Shown: piece by piece, positions 10,601-18,695 of the stretch
How positions within the stretch are numbered: position 1 is the first letter of the stretch
Layout of the letters: each line of letters opens with the position of its first letter
Assembly (NCBI GenBank): GCA_964515735.1
Contig: CAZEVP010000001.1
Span: 14,749-78,748 of the forward strand
DNA length: 64,000 bases
Direction: 5' to 3'
From: an uncultured Verrucomicrobiaceae bacterium
Lineage (GTDB): Bacteria; Pseudomonadota; Gammaproteobacteria; Pseudomonadales; CAMLJR01
Made by a program: the position numbers and the translations under genes
Notes under the pieces: model-generated
Told to the model about the DNA's origin: nothing
Databases searched by the model: none
What the model saw: the letters and a program-made list of their open reading frames with translations, nothing else

Positions 10601-10932
10601 CCGAATTCGGCTTCACCTCGGGCATCTCGGTACAACTGCTGAAAAGCATGGCGCCGCTGCTGATGCCGCTGCTGGAGAACCCGGTGCCGCTGCGCACCCC
10701 CGCCAGCCCACCGCGCGAACCGCTCGCACCGCCGCAGCGCCAGCCCGACACCGGCGTCGACCTGCATCCCACCTCGGTCGGCGGCGGCGCCGGCAGCGAT
10801 GCCGCGATGACGCTCATCCCCGCCGATCCGTCAACGGCAGACGACGACGAAGAGACACCGCCGGGCTTCAGCGGCGAATCCGACGAAGAGGACGACCACG
10901 AGGCCACGGCCGAGCCGCCGGTGGCTCCCTGA
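7660..10932 (+). CDS. Long class A penicillin-binding-protein-like enzyme (GT51 transglycosylase + transpeptidase motifs) with a disordered Pro/Asp/Glu-rich tail
   Basis: GT51-like FIENRELLD...GGSTLATQIEKY. Transpeptidase triad candidates STAK (LGSTAKL), SIN (HESINLPF) and KTGTG. TM helix WWLTLAVLALLIWAVI. ATG at 7660 is preceded by AGGGAG; the track ORF starts at TTG 7615. Confidence 0.7.
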   Translation: MGAVRRRWRWGWWLTLAVLALLIWAVIHVGREELATSRYQARYLTQLAAELKFRVEPGPSPDIRFPVAGPYDIRLGYSRIPEFVTRLEQNHFEVTAQARWSPRMWALYDIGLFPIFRERPQSGLDLLDRNGNSLHHARYPERVYDNFEAVPSVLVDALLFIENRELLDMSEPSRNPAVEWDRFAKAAVTQLMKRVSDDGGRAGGGSTLATQIEKYRHSPDGLTRTPQDKLRQMASASIRAYMNGEDTRPVRQQLVVDYLNTVPMAARRGYGEVNGIGDGLWAWYGRDFDQINALLRDLGNGSDSDGAVLRVDLPDAALAFKQALSLIIAQRRPAWYLHEGEPALRELTDSHLRLLAAAGRIPQALRDAALPLDLQLQRELIKSPPVSFVERKAATAMRNTLANLLGVNQLYALDRLDLVASSTLDSDVQRAISQLLTAVATPEGARAAGLYGHRLLRNDNDPANLQISFTLYERAGDANLLRIQADNQDRPFDLNQGARLDLGSTAKLRTLISYLEAIAGLHRRYADMKADALAALEIHERDALARWTRDWLAANPGGSLREILAAAMERPYSASTAEVFYTGGGVHRFANFERADGARIVSVRTAFHESINLPFIRMMRDVVRHQMLTLSENNARLLTDSSDPQRQDYLARFADLEGRKFLGTFYQRYRGLSPAQARDKLLQRVRPTPRRVATAYRSILPNAPFDDFAAALRARLPADKPPTAADLQALYRRYAIDQFSLNDRGYIAGIHPLELWLVAQLQQAPQSTLSELISASTHQRQEVYSWLFKTRHKRAQDVRISNLIELEAFRQIHRDWQRLGYPFSELTPSYAAALGASGDRPAALAELMGIIVNDGVRMPVDRIDRLWLARDTPYETHLEYRPPAGERVMTAEVAEVAREVLFGVVEQGTARRINNALVRGDGTVIRIGGKTGTGDRRIDRVGAGGQRISSKVVGRSATFVFTIGDRFFGTLTTYVPEQHAAEFGFTSGISVQLLKSMAPLLMPLLENPVPLRTPASPPREPLAPPQRQPDTGVDLHPTSVGGGAGSDAAMTLIPADPSTADDDEETPPGFSGESDEEDDHEATAEPPVAP

Positions 10933-11086
10933 TCGCACCGCACGAGTCAACGACAGGAGAATCGATCCCGATAGGCGAACGCGCGCGGATCATCGCGGTG
11001 GACAAGGCCGACCGGCGCGGGGAAAATGCGCGCCTCGTGCGATCCGCGCGCCCGTCGCGCAGCTTTCGGATCCATCGAGCACCACT

Positions 11087-11176
11087 GGAAGAGTGGCAGA
11101 GTGGTTGAATGCACCGGTCTTGAAAACCGGCGTAGGTGCGAGCCTACCGTGGGTTCGAATCCCACCTCTTCCGCCA
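11087..11176 (+). tRNA. tRNA-Ser (anticodon UGA), class II with long variable arm, CCA encoded
   Basis: Folded by eye. Acceptor GGAAGAG/CTCTTCC; anticodon stem CCGGT/ACCGG with loop CTTGAAA; variable arm GTAGGTGCGAGCCTAC; T-arm GTGGG-TTCGAAT-CCCAC; 3' GCCA. Confidence 0.93.
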
Positions 11177-11313
11177 ATACCGAAAGACCTCCGCCCCGCC
11201 GACATCAGTCGGCGGCGGATGTCACCACCACGGCCGGCGCCGCATTCGGTACCGTGGCCTTTCCGATACCGACACCTTTTTCTCACTCCCTCCGTCATCG
11301 CCCGTCGCAGCAC

Positions 11314-12261
11314 TCATCCGTCCCGGTTCGCCAGACGGCTGATCCACTGCATCGGCAGATACCGCAACTGACGCCACCTCATCTGCCCGTATCCGTTCGG
11401 TTTCAATCGCCAGAAAGGGACGAAACCCACCTCGACCAGACGATCGGCGAAGCGCATGTTCCTCTTCACGCAGTCGTTACGCACATCATCATGGACCGGC
11501 AGATGATGAAACTCGTCGTTACGATAGATTCTCTCGATAGCCGCCACGAGCTCTGTCTGATTTTCGACCGAATAATACTGAAGCGCTTCTACCGGAAGGC
11601 CTGCCAGCTTCATCAGGCTCCGGAATTTCGATGAATAGCCGATTATCGAAACGCGACGGCCACTCAACAGCGACCAGTAGGCGACGTGAAAGGAATTGGT
11701 GATGACGCTCCCGGCCTCTGCGAAAGCCTTCATGAATTTCATTTCCGGCTCGTTGTTGGTGTGCAACGACACGTTTTCCCGTAAAAAAACAGGTGACTTC
11801 GCCACCTCGCTCAAATCGGTGATCCCACGGTAGTAGTTCAGGAATACCGATACGCTCCGGCCAGGCTCAAGGCTGGCATAGGGGTGCAGACAGGAAACAC
11901 AGGGAACGAACTTTTCATCGTCGCTGACCGCATCGCGATCACGCACGCCATACAGCAGATAGGGAAGATTGTCGGCATTGGTCGGATTGGCATCTCCCCC
12001 GTGGTGTGAACTTCCTACTCCCCACGCCACGGTTCTCGAAAAATCGAGATCATGCCCCACCCCGAGATCATTGAAGGCACCACCGCCAAGAATCGTCTTG
12101 AACGACCTCCCCCGTAGCAGAAATCGGGTCTGGTGCTCACGCATGCCGAAATCGAAGTAGTGCATCGGCGTACAGAGAAAATCGCCAAGATTGAAGTGAG
12201 TGGGTCGATTCCTCAGGAAAAGCAGATTTTCCCTCACGGTCGATCCCCCTCCTGACACCAA
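11314..12261 (-). CDS. Polysaccharide pyruvyl-transferase-like protein
   Basis: N-terminal NLGDFLC and C-terminal VITNSFHVAYWSLLSGRRVSIIGYSSKF resemble the CsaB/WcaK-type pyruvyl transferase pattern. Start uncertain: TTG 12261, or GTG 12237 after AGGAGG. Confidence 0.5.
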   Translation of the reverse strand: MVSGGGSTVRENLLFLRNRPTHFNLGDFLCTPMHYFDFGMREHQTRFLLRGRSFKTILGGGAFNDLGVGHDLDFSRTVAWGVGSSHHGGDANPTNADNLPYLLYGVRDRDAVSDDEKFVPCVSCLHPYASLEPGRSVSVFLNYYRGITDLSEVAKSPVFLRENVSLHTNNEPEMKFMKAFAEAGSVITNSFHVAYWSLLSGRRVSIIGYSSKFRSLMKLAGLPVEALQYYSVENQTELVAAIERIYRNDEFHHLPVHDDVRNDCVKRNMRFADRLVEVGFVPFWRLKPNGYGQMRWRQLRYLPMQWISRLANRDG

Positions 12262-12272
12262 TTACAACAAAA

Positions 12273-12398
12273 TTATCGGATTACTCCTTTCATGTAAGGT
12301 TCCACGGATTTATAGAAGAATGCCGTCCAGAACAGCACGAACAGGATGATCGAGATCACAACAGGGCGGCGATGAATCAGGTGATGCCGAGTTCCCAA
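12273..12398 (-). CDS. Candidate 41-codon small membrane protein (TTG start), unannotated by the ORF track
   Basis: Own translation: (M)GTRHHLIHRRPVVISIILFVLFWTAFFYKSVEPYMKGVIR*. It has one hydrophobic helix and fills the gap between the GT52 and pyruvyl-transferase genes. No strong SD seen. Confidence 0.2.
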   Translation of the reverse strand: MGTRHHLIHRRPVVISIILFVLFWTAFFYKSVEPYMKGVIR

Positions 12399-12410
12399 TA
12401 CCTGCTCATC

Positions 12411-13382
12411 TCACCAGCCCGGCCCCACCGTCAATCCATTCCGCACACCGTTCCCCAACATCAGCTGGCGAGATACGGCATATTCCTCGCAGTCCGGCAT
12501 CAGCGTGTAGGTCGAAACACCAGCAACGACGGAGAGGTTGATCAATGCCGACGACTCGAAACCGAATACCCGGAAGCGAATTCCCGGTTCGGCGCAAAGC
12601 GCCTGCATGACGTAGTCCTCGACGATCAATGCCGTATCCAGGCGCGGAACGCCAGACACCCTGTCACCCGGATCGCGCGGGTGCGGCAGATAGAAATCGG
12701 GCACGATATCGACAGCTGCCTGCTCGATGATGGCCCAGACACTCACCGGCGCCTCGGGTGCCGGTCCGAGCAGCAGGGTAACGACACGCCCCGATTGCCC
12801 GCCTTCGCCCCGGCCCTCCGTATAGAGCCTGATCCGCTTCGTGTTGGAATACGCATTCGGCGCGTCGTAGATCGTGTAATGAACCGATGAGCGGGCAACG
12901 ATTCGTTCAGGCCAATAACTGATACCAGCGAGCAGATAGAAAATCCTTGCCAATACGGATGTTCTTTTGGTCAGGATTTGAGAATCTCGCTGGATGTTCA
13001 GCAATCCATCGTCATAGCTGCGGATCTGAGCCGGCCTGAACGCGGACAGCAGCGCGTACAGGTAGTGACTCAGTGACGAGGGAACGCAGACCATGTCAAA
13101 GCGACCGAGCGCGCGGAACGACAGCCGATAACGAAGCCGTCGATACCAGATCCTCAGGTGTTTGCATCGGCCGTAATCGCTGTCAGGTGGTGTGACGACG
13201 AACCGTACCGATTCGCAGAACTCCCGCATCTTTTCGGCATATCGCCGGTTTTTTTCATTATCCGACGTAGCGATGAAGATACCCGCCCGAAATCGCACCT
13301 GCTCACTGCGGGTCATCGCCCCGACAATCAGAACATGCAGCGGCGTCATGCAGACGGCCAGAGAACGATCATGAGATGCCAT
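12411..13382 (-). CDS. Glycosyltransferase family 52-like (lipooligosaccharide sialyltransferase Lst-like)
   Basis: Segments match recalled Neisseria Lst. MTPLHVLIV; IRSYDDGLLNI (Lst IKTFDDGTGNL); VHYTIY; LLLGPAPE; YLPHPRDPGDRVSGVPRLDTALIVEDYVMQAL (Lst [32 protein letters not shown]); FGFESSALINL. Confidence 0.65.
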   Translation of the reverse strand: MASHDRSLAVCMTPLHVLIVGAMTRSEQVRFRAGIFIATSDNEKNRRYAEKMREFCESVRFVVTPPDSDYGRCKHLRIWYRRLRYRLSFRALGRFDMVCVPSSLSHYLYALLSAFRPAQIRSYDDGLLNIQRDSQILTKRTSVLARIFYLLAGISYWPERIVARSSVHYTIYDAPNAYSNTKRIRLYTEGRGEGGQSGRVVTLLLGPAPEAPVSVWAIIEQAAVDIVPDFYLPHPRDPGDRVSGVPRLDTALIVEDYVMQALCAEPGIRFRVFGFESSALINLSVVAGVSTYTLMPDCEEYAVSRQLMLGNGVRNGLTVGPGW

Positions 13383-14867
13383 CTATGTCACCCCACCCTT
13401 CGCATTCAACATGCCGAACGCATGACGGCCGATCAGCAGCAGCGATGCCACCGCAATCATCATGCGTAACGACAGATGATCGGCCAGCATCATCGCGGAG
13501 ATGCTCATCAGTACCGTCGCCATACTGATCAGAAACAGTGATCCAGGCCCGACTATCTCGACCTCGTCACTGCCCCGAACGTAGCCGTAGTGAATGGCGA
13601 GCTGAATCAATTGGCTTATCACCATGACAGCTGCCGCAGCCACTATGCCGTGGTTCTCGATGAGCAGAATGTTCAGTACGACATTGACAGCTGCCGCCAG
13701 TACGGAACAGATCGTGATCAGCATGACCCGTTTTCGATAGAACTGAACGGTCAGAAACAGCGACTGACAGAACTGAAAGTAGCTCGCCAGCAACAGAGCC
13801 GGGACTACTGTCTGCGCTTCCTTATAACTGGCCGGCGCCAGCAGCATCACCGCCTCCGGGGCAACGACGCCGCCGAGCACGCAGAGCGCCCCGACCACGA
13901 CAAGCAACTGCACGCTCCTGTCGCTCACCGAGTCCGCGATGCCGTGATGCAGACGCCGCAGCATCCACGGTACCCAGCTGGCGCTGATCGCCGTCCAGAA
14001 CAGCGTCAGCCCCGACGCGATCGCTGCCGCCAGCCCATAGACGCCGACCTCATGAACGCCAAGGCCGCGCTCGATCAGCCATTTATCGATCTGCAGCAAA
14101 CCGGCCTGGGCCAGGTAATGCGGCAGCAACGGAATCGCCAGCAGCAGTGTGTAGCGCCAATAGCCGGCATCGTAGAACGTCCTGCCCCGACACAGCATCC
14201 GCACATAAAGGAAGGCGCCCGCCAATGCCAGTGGCAGTGCCGCCACGATGACGCGCAGCTCGACGAGATAGCCGCTGAACCGTTCCATCGACATCAGATA
14301 CAGCGCACCACCGATGCCGACCAGCGCTGTGACGATCGAAACGGCGGCAACGGCCCGATAGCGAAAAAAGGCGCGTTCGCGTGTGCGCCAGATCAAATAG
14401 GCGGAATTCAGGACGAAATTGACGAACATGAAACCGAACAGATGCGGCCGCACGCCGGTAACGTTGCCGGCCAGCTTGGTGACGACGTACAACAGAAGCC
14501 CGGAAACCAGCGTCGACACCGTGGTAAGACCGATCATCGCGGCGATGAAGCGGTCGAGATCACTCTCCCATTCGAGAATGGCGTTATTGAGGATACTGGT
14601 CGACAGCGACAGCGTCGCCAGAGCGCCGAACACGATCACGAGCGAGTTGTAGAGCGCCACCTCACCGTATTCGGATGGCGTCATCAGACGTGTAAACACG
14701 GGTGTCGCCAACAGCAGAAGCCCGCTGTTGAGATAGATCGCTATTCCCGTCCAGATTGCCGACTTCGCGGGACTCGCCTTCGCTACCCTGGTGTCATTCA
14801 ACGCTTCGTCTTCCTGACCGGGAATCCCGCAGAGATTCCGATTTTCCAGAGCCAGTCCGAGGCCCAC
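13383..14867 (-). CDS. wzx: Wzx-type oligosaccharide flippase (MOP superfamily)
   Basis: 494 aa, roughly 12-14 hydrophobic segments, position in the EPS operon. The start may instead be TTG near 14801, overlapping the upstream stop. Confidence 0.7.
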   Translation of the reverse strand: MGLGLALENRNLCGIPGQEDEALNDTRVAKASPAKSAIWTGIAIYLNSGLLLLATPVFTRLMTPSEYGEVALYNSLVIVFGALATLSLSTSILNNAILEWESDLDRFIAAMIGLTTVSTLVSGLLLYVVTKLAGNVTGVRPHLFGFMFVNFVLNSAYLIWRTRERAFFRYRAVAAVSIVTALVGIGGALYLMSMERFSGYLVELRVIVAALPLALAGAFLYVRMLCRGRTFYDAGYWRYTLLLAIPLLPHYLAQAGLLQIDKWLIERGLGVHEVGVYGLAAAIASGLTLFWTAISASWVPWMLRRLHHGIADSVSDRSVQLLVVVGALCVLGGVVAPEAVMLLAPASYKEAQTVVPALLLASYFQFCQSLFLTVQFYRKRVMLITICSVLAAAVNVVLNILLIENHGIVAAAAVMVISQLIQLAIHYGYVRGSDEVEIVGPGSLFLISMATVLMSISAMMLADHLSLRMMIAVASLLLIGRHAFGMLNAKGGVT

Positions 14868-15672
14868 ACAATGAACGGGCGAGTGCCCGGCACCACAGAC
14901 CGATCACGAATGGCATACCGCTGATGAAATAACGCCGCGCCAGACGGCCCGGTTCCTGTATCACACGGTGCAGCCATTCCAGCCCACTGCGCCGCATCCA
15001 CACGGGAGCACGCCGGATTTCACCAGCCACGAAACTGAAACTGACGCCGACGCCGAGATACCACCCACAGGGATGGCGCGACCGCAGCCCATGAATCAGA
15101 TTCTCCTGCTTCGGAGAGCCGAGACCGACGAAGACGATGGCGGGACGCCACTGGCGAAGCAGGTCATCGATCTTCTGCATCTCGATCTCATTCCGTTCGA
15201 AACCGAACGGCGGGCAGTGGGTGCGCACGCACCCGCCGGGCAGCCGATGGGCGTGCTCCAGCTTGCTGACCGCCGCTTCGGCGGAGCCGGGATTGCCACC
15301 GATCAGGGCCACGCGCAAACCGGCGCGGACAGCGCGGACATACAGGTCGACGAAAAGATCCGAACCCGCCAGCCGCCCCGGCAAGGGGTCGCGCTGCAGG
15401 CGACTGGCCCAGACGATCGGCGCGCCGTCCGGCGTGAACAGCGTCGCCCCGCTGACGGTGGCGCGAAACGCCGCATCCCGGTGCCAGCGGCGCAGGATGT
15501 CGACGTTCGGCGTGACGACCCAACCGCCTTCGCCACTCGCCGCCGAATCGACTATCCGTTTCGCCAGTTCGTCGGCCATGGCCGCGACGAATGGCAGACC
15601 ATCAACCTCGACCACCGGCAGGCCGAGAGGGCTCGACGACCACCCGCTGCCGATCTTCATGTCACCGCGCAT
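14794..15672 (-). CDS. WecG/TagA/CpsF-family glycosyltransferase (GT26)
   Basis: VVTPNVDILRR...TPDGAPIVWASRL...VFVGLGSPKQENLI...LGVGVSFSFVAGEIRRAP.WMRRSGLEWLHRVIQEP are typical GT26 blocks. Confidence 0.85.
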   Translation of the reverse strand: MRGDMKIGSGWSSSPLGLPVVEVDGLPFVAAMADELAKRIVDSAASGEGGWVVTPNVDILRRWHRDAAFRATVSGATLFTPDGAPIVWASRLQRDPLPGRLAGSDLFVDLYVRAVRAGLRVALIGGNPGSAEAAVSKLEHAHRLPGGCVRTHCPPFGFERNEIEMQKIDDLLRQWRPAIVFVGLGSPKQENLIHGLRSRHPCGWYLGVGVSFSFVAGEIRRAPVWMRRSGLEWLHRVIQEPGRLARRYFISGMPFVIGLWCRALARSLCGPRTGSGKSESLRDSRSGRRSVE

Positions 15673-15684
15673 CTCGCCCCTGTG

Positions 15685-16884
15685 CTACGTATCCCGTTTG
15701 GTCCGAATCCAGTCCACCTGCCGATGGAACAGGAATGCCGCATAGATCGATATCTTCCGCAGCAGCAGAATCGGCAGAATGGCGAGCTCGCTGACACCGA
15801 TGATGTCGCGCGCGAAGTTGGCCCAGGTGAGCAGTACCGCCAGCGTCAGTGCAATCAATCCAAGCATGGCCGTCGTCACGATCGCGATGCCGGCGCCAAG
15901 CAGCGCGACGACGATGCCAATAGCCGCGGCGGCGACCAGCCCGATCATCAACAGTGCCAGCGGTGGAATCATCAGATCGCAGGCCATGACCAGCTGCGAC
16001 CAGCGACGGCGCGACAGGCCCGCCGCGACCATCCGCGGCCCCACCGACAACAGCAGTTTCAAATGGCCATGCTCCCAGCGCCGGCGCTGGCTCCTGTCGC
16101 CCTCCGCGTTGTCGGGAAACACGCTGGAAACCTCGGCCATCTCGCAGAACAGTGGCGGCGCGCCCACCTCGCAGCTTCGCAATCCAAGCTGCACGTCCTC
16201 GGCGATATGGCCACTGGCGAACGGAACCCGCTCGACGACCGCCCATGGGAAAGCCATGCCGCTGCCGTAGAGTCCGCAAGGCATCGACATTCGAGCCATG
16301 CCACGCGGCCTCACCCAGTTCTTCAGGCGCATCGCGAACTCGGCCATTCGCGACGAGAGCTTCGCACCTGGCGCACGCATCAGGTATCGAGCCTGCACCG
16401 GCCTTCCGGTCATATGACTCCAGCTGGCGACGCAGGAAATTGCATCATCAGCGAGCGAGCAGTCGGCATCAATCACGACGACCACGTCGGGCGGGTCACC
16501 CTGCAGCGCGCGAATACCATGATCGAGCGCATAGCCCTTGCCTCGCAGCGATACATTTTCGCGCTCGCAGACTTCGGCACCGGCTGCACGCGCGATCTGC
16601 GCGGTCTCATCACTGCAGTTGTCGGCCACGACCAGCAGCCGATCGCCAATCTGCAGCTGCGCTTTCGCCTGCAGAAGCGTCGGCCGGATACCGGTCGCCT
16701 CGTTATGTGCCGGAATCAGAATCGCGATGCGCGGTCGTCGCGGTGGACGCGCTGGCGGCAGTGGAGACTTCAGCGCAGCCCCCACCTGAACCAGCAGAAA
16801 GAACGCCGCGAGCGACAGCAGCACCGTCGCGATCAACAGCGCCCATTGCAGCGCGACCAGAATGGCGCTCGCGATCTCAGCCAT
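15685..16884 (-). CDS. Membrane-embedded family 2 glycosyltransferase with Q-R-R-R-W motif (synthase-like topology)
   Basis: IAILIPAHNE...VVADNCSDET...VVVIDADC...QRRRWEHG. One N-terminal and several C-terminal TM helices. ATG at 16884 overlaps the GT4 stop (ATGGCTGA). Confidence 0.8.
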   Translation of the reverse strand: MAEIASAILVALQWALLIATVLLSLAAFFLLVQVGAALKSPLPPARPPRRPRIAILIPAHNEATGIRPTLLQAKAQLQIGDRLLVVADNCSDETAQIARAAGAEVCERENVSLRGKGYALDHGIRALQGDPPDVVVVIDADCSLADDAISCVASWSHMTGRPVQARYLMRAPGAKLSSRMAEFAMRLKNWVRPRGMARMSMPCGLYGSGMAFPWAVVERVPFASGHIAEDVQLGLRSCEVGAPPLFCEMAEVSSVFPDNAEGDRSQRRRWEHGHLKLLLSVGPRMVAAGLSRRRWSQLVMACDLMIPPLALLMIGLVAAAAIGIVVALLGAGIAIVTTAMLGLIALTLAVLLTWANFARDIIGVSELAILPILLLRKISIYAAFLFHRQVDWIRTKRDT

Positions 16885-18085
16885 GGACCGAGCGCCTGAA
16901 CAGAGCGGCAAGCTTGCCGCCCTCGGTATCGACATCGTGCCTCGCCACAACGTCGCGGTGCGCCACCTCTCCCATCTGTGTCAGACGTTCCGGTGGTGTG
17001 GCGAGACACTCGACCATCGCCTGCGCCATCGCATCGACATCGCCGGCCGGATAGAGCCAGCCCGACTCGCCGTGTCGAACCAGCTCCGGCACGCCGGCGA
17101 TCATCGTGCTGAGCACCGGCCGCTTCAGCGCCATCGCCTCCATCAGCACCACCGGCAACCCTTCGGCGAAACTCGCCAGAACCAGAGCGCGCGCCGCCAT
17201 GATCTCCGCCCTCACCTGATCGCTGCCTATCCAGCCGGTGATTCGAACCTTCTGCTGCAGCCCCAGTTCGCGAATCCGCTGCTCGACGACATCGCGCAAT
17301 TCGCCGTCGCCAGCCAGCACCAGTTCGAACTCGGCACCATGCCGCATCGCGACAGCCATAGCGTCGATCAACAGCAGATGCCCTTTCTGCGCCGACAAGC
17401 GGCCGACACAGACCAGCCGCTTCGCGGCCGGCGAGCCGACATCGCCGACCTCATGGAAATCGCGCTCGACGCCACAGTGAACTTCCATCACCTTTGGCCA
17501 GTGCTCTCCGCCCAGCCAGCGGTAGAGCTGACTGCGGCAGAAGGCGGTGATCGCGACGACGAAACGGGCGCGACGCATCTTCTCTCCCAGATGCAGGAAC
17601 TCGGGTTTGTCGAACTCCTCCGGGCCGTGCACGGTGAAGCTGTAGCCCGGCCCGCCGAGTGCATCGACCAGCATCGCGACCTCGGTCGCATTGGTGCCGA
17701 AGTGGGCGTGGACATGCGCGGTGCCACTCTCCTTCAACCAGAGCGCGACCTGGCACGCCTCGGCGAAATAGACCAGATGGAATGGCAGCGGCCGGTCGGA
17801 GCGAATCCCCACCCTGATCGCCAGCCACAACGCCTTCAATGCCGGCAACGGCGCATCGGCACCCACCCTGAACACCGCCGCCAGCAATCCGCCCGCTCCC
17901 CCCTTCAGCACATAGCGTGTGCGCGCCTTCTCCGCCGCATCCTGCGCATCCGGTGTCGGCTGATCCCAGCCGCGGAGGGCAATCCGCTCCACGTCGATGC
18001 CGTGGCGCTCCACGGCCTGAATCTCGCGGCGAATGAAGGTGTGGCTGACCTTGGGGTATTGATTGACGAGATAAGCGACCTTCAA
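16877..18085 (-). CDS. GT4-family glycosyltransferase (WcaL-like)
   Basis: MKVAYLVNQYPKVSHTFIRREI... N-terminus and a C-terminal EGLPVVLMEAMA E-x7-E-type block. Confidence 0.8.
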   Translation of the reverse strand: MKVAYLVNQYPKVSHTFIRREIQAVERHGIDVERIALRGWDQPTPDAQDAAEKARTRYVLKGGAGGLLAAVFRVGADAPLPALKALWLAIRVGIRSDRPLPFHLVYFAEACQVALWLKESGTAHVHAHFGTNATEVAMLVDALGGPGYSFTVHGPEEFDKPEFLHLGEKMRRARFVVAITAFCRSQLYRWLGGEHWPKVMEVHCGVERDFHEVGDVGSPAAKRLVCVGRLSAQKGHLLLIDAMAVAMRHGAEFELVLAGDGELRDVVEQRIRELGLQQKVRITGWIGSDQVRAEIMAARALVLASFAEGLPVVLMEAMALKRPVLSTMIAGVPELVRHGESGWLYPAGDVDAMAQAMVECLATPPERLTQMGEVAHRDVVARHDVDTEGGKLAALFRRSVHG

Positions 18086-18639
18086 TTACCCACTCCTTCA
18101 TCCATCGGCACCTCTGCTCGATCTGGCACGATGATCTTCGCGGGGTTACCAACGGCAGTGGCACCGGCCGGAACATCGTCGAGCACGACCGCCATCGCGC
18201 CAACACGGCATCCTTTACCGAGATGAATGCCGCCGATCACCTGCGCGTAGGCCCCGAGCTCGACGTCGTCATCGAGCACCGGACACGGACCATCCTCCAC
18301 GCGATTGCCAAGCGTCACGCCCTGCCGCAGCGTGCAACGCGCACCGACCCGGGTAGCGGGATTGACGAAGATATTGCCGAAGTGCCAGATGCGCAGCCCC
18401 GGTCCGAACACCGCCTCCTTCGGCAGACTGATACCGGTGACGGTCTCGACCAGGCGAAACAGCAACCAATAGATCTTCGTCAACGTCCTCTTCCGGAAAC
18501 CATCAGGCCGGGCGTCGATACGGCGACCAAATCGGTAGACCCAGATCGCGCACAACGATTGCTCCGACCGCCACGCGCGCACGCCACCATAGCGCGCGAG
18601 ATCCGCCTGCCAGTCGCTGTCCTGCTTTCCACTTCTCAT
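18082..18639 (-). CDS. Left-handed beta-helix (hexapeptide) O-acetyltransferase, serine-acetyltransferase-like
   Basis: Hexapeptide repeats (GPGLRIWHFGNIFVNPATRVGARCTLRQGVTLG...VELGAYAQVIGGIHLGKGCRVGAMAVV). 4-nt overlap with the upstream GT4 gene. Confidence 0.8.
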   Translation of the reverse strand: MRSGKQDSDWQADLARYGGVRAWRSEQSLCAIWVYRFGRRIDARPDGFRKRTLTKIYWLLFRLVETVTGISLPKEAVFGPGLRIWHFGNIFVNPATRVGARCTLRQGVTLGNRVEDGPCPVLDDDVELGAYAQVIGGIHLGKGCRVGAMAVVLDDVPAGATAVGNPAKIIVPDRAEVPMDEGVGN

Positions 18640-18695
18640 TCAAAGCTCTTCGCTGCTTCAGTCGTCAATGAAATTTCGCGTTGCCGTAACTGACG

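Noticed and set aside
8113-10767. 884-aa minus-strand ORF inside the PBP-like gene
   Set aside because: It is antisense to a frame containing GT51 and transpeptidase motifs. Its composition is dominated by A/R/G/V/D/Q repeats.
10947-11371. Several 68-107 aa ORFs overlapping tRNA-Ser on both strands
   Set aside because: They overlap a canonical tRNA and its flanks, are short, and have no SD or motif support.
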